64,000 bases of DNA. Origin: a virus. The notes beneath the pieces were generated by a model. The model had not been told where the DNA came from and did not search any database. It saw only the letters and a list, made by a program, of their open reading frames with translations. Below are positions 46,001 to 54,567 of the stretch, in pieces (within the stretch, counting starts at the first letter, position 1; each line of letters starts with the position of its first letter). The stretch is from positions 32,001 to 96,000 of IMG/VR virus record IMGVR_UViG_3300020187_000015; one strand, given 5' to 3'. A program made the position numbers and the translations under genes.

Positions 46001-48287
46001 TAAAATCAACATATCCAGAAGAAATGTCTTGTGCTTGAACAGTAAAATTCTTGCTGAAAGTGTTGCCCAATCGAATAGATCTGAACAAATAATCATAATT
46101 TCCTAGCATTGACAAATCAGTAGCAACATATCTGTCGTCCGTAACTTCATGAACAGTTTCATTAGTCATTCCACTCAAAAGTTTACCTTTTGCAATGTAA
46201 TTATAAGTAAAATCTATTCCAGTAAATCCACTTGCTAATGCAGAAGCTTGCCCAGTAATTATTCCGCTACCCGTCAAAACTCCAGTAGTAAATTTAGATT
46301 CGATTCCAGTTATTCCAGTTCCACTAAATATAAATCCAGTTAAATTTGGATCTTCTGGCAATAACCCAGTTGCTAGTCCAGTAAGCTCTGTACTAACATA
46401 CAAACTGTAATCGGGTATTGGAAACTTCATATCAATTCTATTGATTCCAGTAACATTAAAAGCCCCAGTTCCAGTCCCTATGAATGCCCCTGGAGTTCCA
46501 GAAACCTTAAATCCGCTAATAATATTCGTTCCAATTAAACCAATTTGGTCGGCAGGAATTCTCATTTCTCCATCAAAAATTCCACTAGAAAACCCGCTAA
46601 ATATATTAGAATAATAAACATTAGAAGTTTGATTAGATCCAGCGCCAGTTACTCCAGTACCAAATGAGAGCAATCCAGTAAGATTTGGATCTTCTGGCAA
46701 TAAGCCAGTTGCTAGTCCAGTTAAAATTCTGTCAGATAGATCTATCGTCCAGCCATTATTAACAAAACCTCCTTGGGAATCTCTAGTGTCCATCGGAAAG
46801 GTTCCAATGAGGTCAAAAACCCCAGTTCCAGTCCCTATGAATGCCCCTGGAGTTCCAGAAACCTTAGATCCACTAATGGTAGTGGTTATATCTAAGCCAG
46901 CCTGATCTCCTGGGTAATACGCAATCCCATCAAATGCGCCAGTTGCAAATCCGCTAAATCTACTGGCATATTCCTTATTTCTTGTTTGATTTGATGTAGC
47001 GGTAAACGACTGAACGTCGAAGGAAAAGCAAAGAGAGTCATTTTTCGATGTTACTATCGGTTCTCCGTCAGTATTATTTCCACTAAGTATTATTCCAGTC
47101 GTAAAGCTTGGAAATAGAGACTGTTGACCAGTAAATCTAATAGCGCCAGTTTCAGTGAAGTTATATCCTCCACTAACATTCCTTATGAATCCAACATCTA
47201 ATCCAGTTACAATCCCACTAGAGGACGTTAAAAATGGATACGACATTTCTCCAGTAGCAAATACTGTTTCTCCAGTATAAATCTGAGATGGTATATTTCC
47301 AGTATAATTAATTTCAAGACCAGTGCTATAGCCAGAGAGTGTTAAATACCCGCCGCCCAAGCTGGACTCAATCATTCCAGTTAAATTGCCAGTGCCTATT
47401 ATATTTCTAGAAATATCAAATCCTGGAATTGACCCAGTTATTTTACCAGTTTTAATATCATAGTCAGCGTAACCACCATAGCCACTAATATTACCAAATG
47501 TAAAATGAAGTCCGAATGGATCATCTGTAAGATTTGGACCGTATCTTTCAGAAAATAAAACATTATAATTAAATATTCCAGTAGAATCCAAAAAGTCTGA
47601 CCCCAATAAACTCAACAGGTACTCGTATTCCCTCGTAAAACTAATTAAGCCGCTTTTTGTAAAAGTTCCAAAGTCTGAAACAAAAGATATTGGTATCAGT
47701 ACTCCAGTTCCAGTAGTGACATTTGAAATTTGATTAATTAAAAAGTCTCTACTAGATTGACCCTCTATTATTCCAGTATTTTGTCCAGTATTGAAATTGA
47801 AAAAGTTAGATAATTCTTCAAATTTTCCAGAAAATATATTAAATGATATTCCCTCACTAGAATTATTGCTAACCTTTAAACTTCCAGTTAAATTACTATT
47901 TTCGAATATTCCACTAATACTAATTACTGGCTCTACTCCCATTAAACTAAGTTCCGAAACTACTCCATTTTCAGTAAAGTTATTTATGTAGCCAGTGCCA
48001 TTTTCATGGTAAGAATTTATAAGTACATTATTAACGAAATAATTATTATAATTCCCAATTTTATTCCCAGAAACGGAGAAAGTATCTTGATTCTTGTAAG
48101 AGTAGAAAAAGTTATTATCAGAATCATAAAGCTTTCCGCTTTCGCCACTAAAAACAATCCTATCTTCAATAGAGCCATCTCCAGTATTTATAAATGAAAA
48201 CCCAAATGAAATATGATCGTCCCTTTGAGGCCGTATAAAGGCTTGATAAGAAAAGTTTCCTGACTGGGTTCCAATTGAGAATGACAT
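43050..48287 (-). CDS. very large Thr-Gly/Ser-Gly-rich virion protein (tail fibre/baseplate-like)
   Basis: 1745 aa, dense TG/SG dipeptides, internal duplications, located in tail operon. Confidence 0.75.
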   Translation of the reverse strand: MSFSIGTQSGNFSYQAFIRPQRDDHISFGFSFINTGDGSIEDRIVFSGESGKLYDSDNNFFYSYKNQDTFSVSGNKIGNYNNYFVNNVLINSYHENGTGYINNFTENGVVSELSLMGVEPVISISGIFENSNLTGSLKVSNNSSEGISFNIFSGKFEELSNFFNFNTGQNTGIIEGQSSRDFLINQISNVTTGTGVLIPISFVSDFGTFTKSGLISFTREYEYLLSLLGSDFLDSTGIFNYNVLFSERYGPNLTDDPFGLHFTFGNISGYGGYADYDIKTGKITGSIPGFDISRNIIGTGNLTGMIESSLGGGYLTLSGYSTGLEINYTGNIPSQIYTGETVFATGEMSYPFLTSSSGIVTGLDVGFIRNVSGGYNFTETGAIRFTGQQSLFPSFTTGIILSGNNTDGEPIVTSKNDSLCFSFDVQSFTATSNQTRNKEYASRFSGFATGAFDGIAYYPGDQAGLDITTTISGSKVSGTPGAFIGTGTGVFDLIGTFPMDTRDSQGGFVNNGWTIDLSDRILTGLATGLLPEDPNLTGLLSFGTGVTGAGSNQTSNVYYSNIFSGFSSGIFDGEMRIPADQIGLIGTNIISGFKVSGTPGAFIGTGTGAFNVTGINRIDMKFPIPDYSLYVSTELTGLATGLLPEDPNLTGFIFSGTGITGIESKFTTGVLTGSGIITGQASALASGFTGIDFTYNYIAKGKLLSGMTNETVHEVTDDRYVATDLSMLGNYDYLFRSIRLGNTFSKNFTVQAQDISSGYVDFTGQFHYSGTGAYVHPQEITGIGYTGLGLIGSISEPVKDIIFNGESGVTGRYLTNTGALIDDSISLNGNSYGIPVSSVYTRFNPFIFSGNSGILLYSDHTNEKAPILSFSTNDADRGSYIHNPVWLNRRLLSGFFDLDPSDMTVGVSPKYFLSGTGVYKSRKSRSYRITVYTGNNLADMIYKERETISVNSTTDFNERFNDRNINADQYGVFNVYFLITSDTEDLEPSGFNYFYFQDTDNSKNPPEFGPRQFNTFLDSSGQGFRRFLTNYSSPTDASGYLLSADTKYPTGSTTNRIAIALPNTISVTSGLNVFQTGFNMTGYAENVSFEGTGMSGVGGTIEVTGENAGFLYALQDESLFPNSNIPNEIFTQMTGNFNGEKSINNFEIPTGIFMNNVVGFLRKRVDSTNEKIDGYSLGNYELIERLGISNYQSSMEEISGIMKAYCDKIGYNVYFGSGRIGFTSDPGLTYPIGGALGFGLGTTTSTAYGPWSKDAKYATRQSGGLYTLIETGIEVATQGSNLPYSGIMSGKITTAIPTTFATGYVPFNSGVSGNIYSITFTGIENTTSKYFISSLNEGDIYIDPFASSGIIPSTGLGTGIDQITVLAGEKSGELAQTLLNMFPFSGTGVRALSNSPPLGGDNDLYADNYIFSGVPTGISFATGDDSTGSLYAIGYTGIQTGPAKWYIDNLDFSGNILDLDATVTGYVPTIASGTGIDPITILAGQQSGEFDQAILNMLPFSGVNLQTITFDQPVGGFEDSYADNFIYSGVRKGFNFATGILTGSFDYTGILNFTQRNLQKTGVKIGIGVISGNITGIVYPGSGEFNFSGIQTGLPQFINSVVPTGQEVFLLSSGNVPITPFTGNLNSSFIGTGFYTDFVNPADLESLSYSFPIPNYIKTFTGEYEILTGINNTGFAKCTGFFNIPSINLTGYSGYVVLTGDDDLNIQMVKKKYFADSVDLNIIKYSGIGTLDASYDNTGSLTFIG

Positions 48288-48293
48288 GTCTTT

Positions 48294-50480
48294 TTATTTT
48301 TTGATGAATTTTAAAAGCTTTTCCCGATTCGAAGGTAGCACCTCTATATTTCGGGTATTTAAAGAACTTTTTACTGAATACACATTCTTCTTTGGAGGTA
48401 ATGAATTTGGATTGCCGACAATAACTGCACCCCTTGGCTGAGTTATTAATTCTTTACTAGGTAAAGTAAAGTTTCTATTGCCAATCGTATAAGTAGTTTT
48501 TACGCCATTACTACTAATACTTATATCTACGTTTTGCAGCCCCTTTTCTATAGAAGCGGTATAATTTGGTATATCTATATTATTAATTGTAAAAGTTTTT
48601 TGGACTTTTTTCTGCGTTATAGTATATCCCAAGTTTGGGTAATTAGTTAATGATCCTCCTATTCTAGGACTATTACCAAGCCTTATATTATTACCGTCTA
48701 CTTGAATTATATCCGATAAGGCCGCTACTTGATTTGGTGATGTATCCAAATCGACGTCAGTCCTAATTGTATTAGAATTATAACTTGGCTGAGTAAAAGC
48801 TATTGACTCTAAAGCAGCTGTAAAATTCTCTTCTCCTCCTTGATCTCCTCCTCCTCCTCCATCATCAATGCTGCCCCTTATATCGATTCTTTGACCCTCC
48901 ACTCTCAGAGTCTGCTTTAACTCGTATTTAAAGTTTATTCTTTCAAATATATTAGTGAAGTTTATATTCTTAAGAACTGCTGCAAACTTCAAATTTGGAT
49001 TATATCCGTCACTTCTAGCCTTGTATCTAGCGGAACTACTTACTTCTAAAAATATTACAGACTTATTTAAATTTAATGATTTAACACTATCATAAACGTC
49101 GAAAGACAAATCCCACGGAATGGTTGCATATATTCTATGATTACTTTCAGCTGCACTCTTCCTATCTGGATTGACATATTCAGTTATATCCTCTCTGTCA
49201 TACTTTAAATCCGCACCAATAGCCCAATTGTATCTAAAATATTGGGCTTCAGCTAGATTATTCTCGTAGGTCAAGAATTGCGCAAATTTTTGCTTTACAG
49301 TTTCCACTGTGACTGTATCGGAAATATCTGACTCAATATATGAGATTATGTTATAATCCTCATATAAATCATCCTTTGGATCAAAAGCCTTTTTTTGCTT
49401 AGGGTTCAAAGTATAGACCTGTTCATATCCAAATACACTTGAATATGAATTTGGATCTTTCTTGCACAAGTACAAAGCAGCGTAAGCAAAAAAAGACTCT
49501 CCTACCGCAGCAGCTTTGCCTAGATTTATAGCAAATCCTGGATTAGCCCAATACTGATCTGGCCTGTCAGTAGGCCTATAAAGATATATCTGTGTATCTG
49601 ATTTCTCTTCAAATTCTCCATACTTAGTTTCTCCGCCTCCACCAGTGCTTGTTGTATTTCCGCCTCCTCCACCAGCATCTATATTTTTACCAGGCTTTCC
49701 GTAATAAACGGAGTGACCTTTTGATATAGTATCTCTCAATGAGAATGAGTTTTTTTCAGATATGAAGTTAACTTCGTTAGGGAAAACTGGAGAAATACTT
49801 TCAGTAAGATCTATAAACTGTATCTTACCAGACTCATTAAAAAAAAAGGTAAATCCATATATTGAACCCCAAGAACTTAATACGTTTCTTAAAGTACCAG
49901 TAGTTTCCTTCAATAGGCTATTATCGTGTCTGGCTAAAGCAACATCTATATTTTCAATTTTCCCTCGAATTTTTCCCAACAGCTCCTCAAGGTTATATAA
50001 ATAATCTGGGAGCTGCCTGACATCCTGAGAGGAGGTTGATCTAGTTAGTGGAATCGAATCTCCACCTAATTCCGACGATTCTTCTAATGTAAAGTATCCT
50101 CTGCCAACTAGTATTAAAGACTCGTCCGTTGCTGTTGCGTTAAAATTTCTCCCCAATAAAGCAACAAACTTTTTGTCTAAAAGAAGAATCGACTTGTCGT
50201 TATAAGTGACGGTCAAAATTCTTCCACTAACACTATCGTCTATGGAGTACTCTATCGCAACCATATTTAGTTCTCTTGATCCTAGATTTATCTTATCACT
50301 ATCAAAAACATTCAAACTATCTTCGCTTATAGTGTAAGCTCCATTCTCGCTCGAAATAGTTAATGTTAACTGCGTGACTTGCGTCCCAAAGCCAATAGAA
50401 TAAGATGCACTAATTATTAGTCCACCGTACGCTGAAGTACTCCCATTCAAAGTAACCTTATCTGTTTTTCTTATCGCCAT
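48294..50480 (-). CDS. putative tail tip/baseplate hub protein
   Basis: 728 aa, beta-rich; GTLRNVLSSWGS.YGFTFF...GKIQFIDL hub-like pattern; GTGTAA late motif upstream. Confidence 0.55.
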   Translation of the reverse strand: MAIRKTDKVTLNGSTSAYGGLIISASYSIGFGTQVTQLTLTISSENGAYTISEDSLNVFDSDKINLGSRELNMVAIEYSIDDSVSGRILTVTYNDKSILLLDKKFVALLGRNFNATATDESLILVGRGYFTLEESSELGGDSIPLTRSTSSQDVRQLPDYLYNLEELLGKIRGKIENIDVALARHDNSLLKETTGTLRNVLSSWGSIYGFTFFFNESGKIQFIDLTESISPVFPNEVNFISEKNSFSLRDTISKGHSVYYGKPGKNIDAGGGGGNTTSTGGGGETKYGEFEEKSDTQIYLYRPTDRPDQYWANPGFAINLGKAAAVGESFFAYAALYLCKKDPNSYSSVFGYEQVYTLNPKQKKAFDPKDDLYEDYNIISYIESDISDTVTVETVKQKFAQFLTYENNLAEAQYFRYNWAIGADLKYDREDITEYVNPDRKSAAESNHRIYATIPWDLSFDVYDSVKSLNLNKSVIFLEVSSSARYKARSDGYNPNLKFAAVLKNINFTNIFERINFKYELKQTLRVEGQRIDIRGSIDDGGGGGDQGGEENFTAALESIAFTQPSYNSNTIRTDVDLDTSPNQVAALSDIIQVDGNNIRLGNSPRIGGSLTNYPNLGYTITQKKVQKTFTINNIDIPNYTASIEKGLQNVDISISSNGVKTTYTIGNRNFTLPSKELITQPRGAVIVGNPNSLPPKKNVYSVKSSLNTRNIEVLPSNREKLLKFIKK

Positions 50481-50492
50481 TCCTTTATTTTA

Positions 50493-50498
50493 TTACAC
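50493..50498 (-). promoter_or_regulatory. putative late promoter motif
   Basis: GTGTAA-N12-ATG. Confidence 0.6.
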
Positions 50499-50529
50499 TT
50501 AATTATAGTCCATTTTAAACTTAATCAAA

Positions 50530-52626
50530 CTAAAGATCGAAAAAGCCACTGGCTCCAGTTAGATAAGATCTATATACTGATCCAGTTGATAGCTCGCTCT
50601 GATAATTTCTATTAACAAATAGAGATTTTACTCCGCTTGGAATAAGCTGCTTTTTATTAGATATTAGATCTGAAGATTCACTAGTCTCTAAATATAGATC
50701 ACGGCGCAGCCTCAGCCTTCCAAAATAATTGGTAGAGGAGCCTCTAAAGAATTTCCCCGAAGATGGTATGATATTAGACTGGTGTTGACCACTCTGAACT
50801 CTAAAGCCAATAGCTAAAATTTCTTTAGTTGAGTCAGATGTTTTTATTGCGGTGAACGAGTTGTTAATTGCGTCTCCAGTATAATCCAATCCAGACGCTA
50901 ACTTATACCCTTTTTTGAAAAACAAGTTATCGTGTACGCTTATATTGTTGTTGCCACTAAAGACACTTTTTACTGCAAAGTCATTAGCATCGTAAAATAC
51001 TTTTGAGTCAGTATTATTACCGCTTAATATTACCTTACCTGGTTCTATTGAACCAGATTTATAAAAATTTTCTAGACCAGCTGATGTTATGGTAGAGTTT
51101 GAAAATCTCAAAAGACCATTAGAAAAGACTCTAAATTCGGACCCATCATACTCTTGATTAATTGAAAATCCAGTCCCATCTAAGCTTGCAAGAGATGTCT
51201 TGTTTAAGAAATTGAAATTTCTAAATTCATTAGAATAATCGTCTTCTTTTTCATATAAAGCTAAAGAGTTAAAGCTATTTATTCCAGTCTCTTCTTGACC
51301 AAACGATTGATCAAAATACTCGCCAAGATAAATAGTTTCACTCATTCCATACTCAGAAAGCTGTCTTCTGTCGCCACTCATAATATTCTTAAGTCCAGAA
51401 ATGTCATTGTTGCCAGTATTGAAAATAGTAGTAGCTCTTAACCCACTAGACAAGAACCCAGTGATGTTAACGTTTTGATATATATCCGTTCCATTGATAA
51501 CTTCATCGGTTCCAGAGAATTGACGAATCAACCCAATTACGCCAGTTGAATCTAATGTAACAACCTTTCTATATATTGGAACTTCTTCGTTTCCTATGCA
51601 ATACTGCGGTAAGTTTTGTAAGAACTCTATCTTTTCCTCTCCAGGTGCTATAACTCCCGTTTCAACAACATATTGATAAATGTCAGAGTAACCAGTAGTA
51701 TATCCAGTGCCAGTCAAAATGCTGTTTGTAGAAAGTATGCCAGTTACTCCAGTTAAATTATATTCATAGCCACTAACTCCTCCAGTAATTCCAGACTCTA
51801 TCAAGAAAGGAATCCCACTCTTGGTGTCCGACCAAAAGCCCGAAGCCAGTATGTTTGCATCTACAGTTGAAATGTTTTGATTTAAGTATACAAAATCGTC
51901 CATAAAGCCAGAATAGCTTTTTTGATTTTGCCCACTACCAATTAAAAATTTATTACAAGGAAGAATTTGGTCGGATATAACGCTTTTTATTTCACTCTCA
52001 AAAGATTTCGTACTATTATTATAAGCTAAAAAGTAAATTGAGTCATCGAATTTTCTTAATCCTATTAAGTTTTTATCTGATAGCTGCAACAAGCTAGTTT
52101 GTATATCGTATCTTTGGTTTTGATTATCAAAATATTCAAAATACATTTTATTTGCAGAATTTATCCCAAAAGAATATCCACTTTTTATAACGTTGTCGTC
52201 AAAACAAGAAAATAAAACTCCATCTCCAGTATAACGCTTATCTTGAGATAAGAGTACGGTAAAATCTCTAGAGAATAAATCTTTTTGATTATTTATTTCT
52301 AAATATCCGTAATTAAAATTTCCAGAATTTCCATTTCCAGTAAAGCTATCAACGTTTCCTATTATAGAAGCAGAGTTTGAGCTTAAAATATTTATATCTT
52401 GCCCAATAAAAAAAGAAGCAAAGTTTACAGAATTGTATCCTGAAACATCGACGTCCTCTAATATTATAAAAGAAGAGTCTTGCGTAATTAAGGGGCTTCC
52501 TGACTGTGTGACTAGCTGAGTATAAAATTCATCACTAAAATTATTAAAGTCATAGTATACTGGCATGTTGCCTGTATCTAGTTTTAATATTCCAGAATAA
52601 ATGTAGTTTATGCCCCTTAAGCCCAT
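50530..52626 (-). CDS. LamG/concanavalin-A-like domain virion protein, TG/SG-rich
   Basis: YYDFN, FLIGSG...YSGFMDDF LamG-like motif; N-terminal LVTQSGSPLITQDSSFIILE motif. Confidence 0.6.
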   Translation of the reverse strand: MGLRGINYIYSGILKLDTGNMPVYYDFNNFSDEFYTQLVTQSGSPLITQDSSFIILEDVDVSGYNSVNFASFFIGQDINILSSNSASIIGNVDSFTGNGNSGNFNYGYLEINNQKDLFSRDFTVLLSQDKRYTGDGVLFSCFDDNVIKSGYSFGINSANKMYFEYFDNQNQRYDIQTSLLQLSDKNLIGLRKFDDSIYFLAYNNSTKSFESEIKSVISDQILPCNKFLIGSGQNQKSYSGFMDDFVYLNQNISTVDANILASGFWSDTKSGIPFLIESGITGGVSGYEYNLTGVTGILSTNSILTGTGYTTGYSDIYQYVVETGVIAPGEEKIEFLQNLPQYCIGNEEVPIYRKVVTLDSTGVIGLIRQFSGTDEVINGTDIYQNVNITGFLSSGLRATTIFNTGNNDISGLKNIMSGDRRQLSEYGMSETIYLGEYFDQSFGQEETGINSFNSLALYEKEDDYSNEFRNFNFLNKTSLASLDGTGFSINQEYDGSEFRVFSNGLLRFSNSTITSAGLENFYKSGSIEPGKVILSGNNTDSKVFYDANDFAVKSVFSGNNNISVHDNLFFKKGYKLASGLDYTGDAINNSFTAIKTSDSTKEILAIGFRVQSGQHQSNIIPSSGKFFRGSSTNYFGRLRLRRDLYLETSESSDLISNKKQLIPSGVKSLFVNRNYQSELSTGSVYRSYLTGASGFFDL

Positions 52627-52635
52627 ATATTTATA

Positions 52636-52641
52636 TTACAC
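52636..52641 (-). promoter_or_regulatory. putative late promoter motif
   Basis: GTGTAA-N9-ATG. Confidence 0.6.
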
Positions 52642-52644
52642 CTT

Positions 52645-53547
52645 TTATTCTGCATCCTGCGAAAATTGCCTAGACCTGTCTTTAATCTTTATACCCATCT
52701 TATCGGCTTCTTCATGCGTCATGCCAACCACATCTACATCTTTTCCGCCAGACACTTCTTCTAGCTTGGACCTGGAATTTGCTAATCTAATAATTTCGTC
52801 AGGATCTTCGCTTTTTATATTTGGATACCTCTCAAAGATTGTTGTAAAAGTTTTTGCGTAATTAGCTAAATTAGTTTGATGGAAAGAGAGTTTGCAAATA
52901 GGTTTTCCAAAATACTCAAAAGCATTATTACATATTCTCCAACTAGAAGTAAAAAACTCTTTAGTAGATACCGTTTTTATACTTTGCATAGAAATATTTT
53001 TAAGACATTCCGAATGTATTCTAAAGTATTTTTGCACATCTAAAGATGGGTCCTGCTTATCGTCTTCGCTAAGCAAAGGTTCTTCAAATTTTTTATCTTT
53101 AAAAAGACTATTTAATAAATAATATTCATTCAGCCTCCTATCGGCGATACTCTCACAAGAATGGGCTAGAAAAGAATTTTTTTTATTAATTAAAATAAAC
53201 AGCTTTTGCTCAAGCTCATCAATATAATCTAATTGAACCTTCTTCTGAGAATGGAGAAGAAGTTTCTGAGAGCTTTGCCTAGTATGATCTATTAGTCGTT
53301 CTAAATCTTCAATTTCATAATCTTCCTGCTTAGACCATAGATCCTTGGACTTGGCTTGATCTAACAGCTCTTCATTATTCAATACCTTCTTTTTCCTGAG
53401 ATTTTCGTAGAAAGCATCATATTCACATTCAAAATCTACATAGTCGTCTAGAGTCAAATGCTTAATATAAAAATTTTCATCTTTATAATAAGAGAAGCCT
53501 TTTAATATGTCAGAAAGAGCTGAACGAAGCTTCGACTCTTCTTTCAA
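52645..53547 (-). CDS. hypothetical helical protein (possible tail assembly chaperone)
   Basis: 300 aa; TTG start with AAGGAGG 5 nt upstream. Confidence 0.6.
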   Translation of the reverse strand: MKEESKLRSALSDILKGFSYYKDENFYIKHLTLDDYVDFECEYDAFYENLRKKKVLNNEELLDQAKSKDLWSKQEDYEIEDLERLIDHTRQSSQKLLLHSQKKVQLDYIDELEQKLFILINKKNSFLAHSCESIADRRLNEYYLLNSLFKDKKFEEPLLSEDDKQDPSLDVQKYFRIHSECLKNISMQSIKTVSTKEFFTSSWRICNNAFEYFGKPICKLSFHQTNLANYAKTFTTIFERYPNIKSEDPDEIIRLANSRSKLEEVSGGKDVDVVGMTHEEADKMGIKIKDRSRQFSQDAE

Positions 53548-54300
53548 TTAGCCCTCCTTTTTTTTCGAAACTTCTTCTAAAGGTTCCTCTTCAGCTTCTT
53601 CTGCAGGTTCTTCTACAGTTTCCTCCTCAGCTTCTTCCGAAGGCTCTTGCTCTTCTTCAAAGTAGGAGTCATAATAGGATTGAAACTCCGCCTCCGTCTG
53701 AGCGAGATCTAGATACCATATTGTAAACAAGAATACAAACCTATCGATAACTGAACTCCAGAATTCCGATTCATCTCCACCCCTTAGATCGTCAACTTTC
53801 TCATATTGTAATATAGCTCTTTTTTGGAAATCTTCTTCATCGACATCAAAAATTGGATCTCCATCCAAACAAGAGTAATTTAACATACAGAAGTCAACAG
53901 TCTTATCTCTGGCTTTAATCTCTGCCGTATTATCATATATTGCAGAATAATAAGATGTGAATTTACGCATATCCTCTTGTATTTGTACAATTTTAGCGTA
54001 AAGCTCAAACTTCTTTTCGGAGTTTGATTTTTCTCTGATCAACTTTTCTTGATTTTGCGCTAATTCCTTTTGCAGATTAAAATAATAAGCCTGATCTTTC
54101 TTTGGTAGGGCGGTATCGCTATTATCAGCATAATACTTGTCTACGGAAGCTTTTGTCTGAACTCCCATGTTCATTAACTTTGAGAGCATGGCTGCGTAGT
54201 AAATCTCTATTTCCTCTCTCTCGGTTCTATTAGGTTGCTTGAGCGTGAACTCGTAATCCTTGTCCTTATTTTTTTCCTTAAAACTAAATAATTTTTTCAT
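53548..54300 (-). CDS. coiled-coil protein with acidic tail (possible tail assembly chaperone)
   Basis: 250 aa; FTLKQPNR...E pattern; E-rich C-terminus. Confidence 0.6.
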   Translation of the reverse strand: MKKLFSFKEKNKDKDYEFTLKQPNRTEREEIEIYYAAMLSKLMNMGVQTKASVDKYYADNSDTALPKKDQAYYFNLQKELAQNQEKLIREKSNSEKKFELYAKIVQIQEDMRKFTSYYSAIYDNTAEIKARDKTVDFCMLNYSCLDGDPIFDVDEEDFQKRAILQYEKVDDLRGGDESEFWSSVIDRFVFLFTIWYLDLAQTEAEFQSYYDSYFEEEQEPSEEAEEETVEEPAEEAEEEPLEEVSKKKEG

Positions 54301-54525
54301 TTATTCTCCTGAGTTTAATTTTGTATAATTCTCTCCCTGATCCCTAAAGAAACGAATAGTATCATTACCCTTATCTAAAACTCGATTTCTTATTTTTTCG
54401 AAATCGTCGTCCTCTATAGAGTATTTTTCCTGTATATCCTCTAATTGATAAAGGAAGTCCTTGAACAAATGCTTGATACACCTTTCGCCCAAAAACTCAA
54501 AATAATAAAAATCCTTTTCTTCCAT
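54301..54525 (-). CDS. hypothetical protein
   Basis: 74 aa, KIRNRVLDKGNDTIR. Confidence 0.65.
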   Translation of the reverse strand: MEEKDFYYFEFLGERCIKHLFKDFLYQLEDIQEKYSIEDDDFEKIRNRVLDKGNDTIRFFRDQGENYTKLNSGE

Positions 54526-54567
54526 TCCTATATCTATATACAGACATTTAACTAGTATGTGAAATAG

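Noticed and set aside
53550-53568. Programmed -1 frameshift at A AAA AAG before the stop of 53548-54300
   Set aside because: The downstream gene is in frame 0; a -1 shift ends after about 15 codons. The AAGGAGG there is better explained as an SD for the TTG start.
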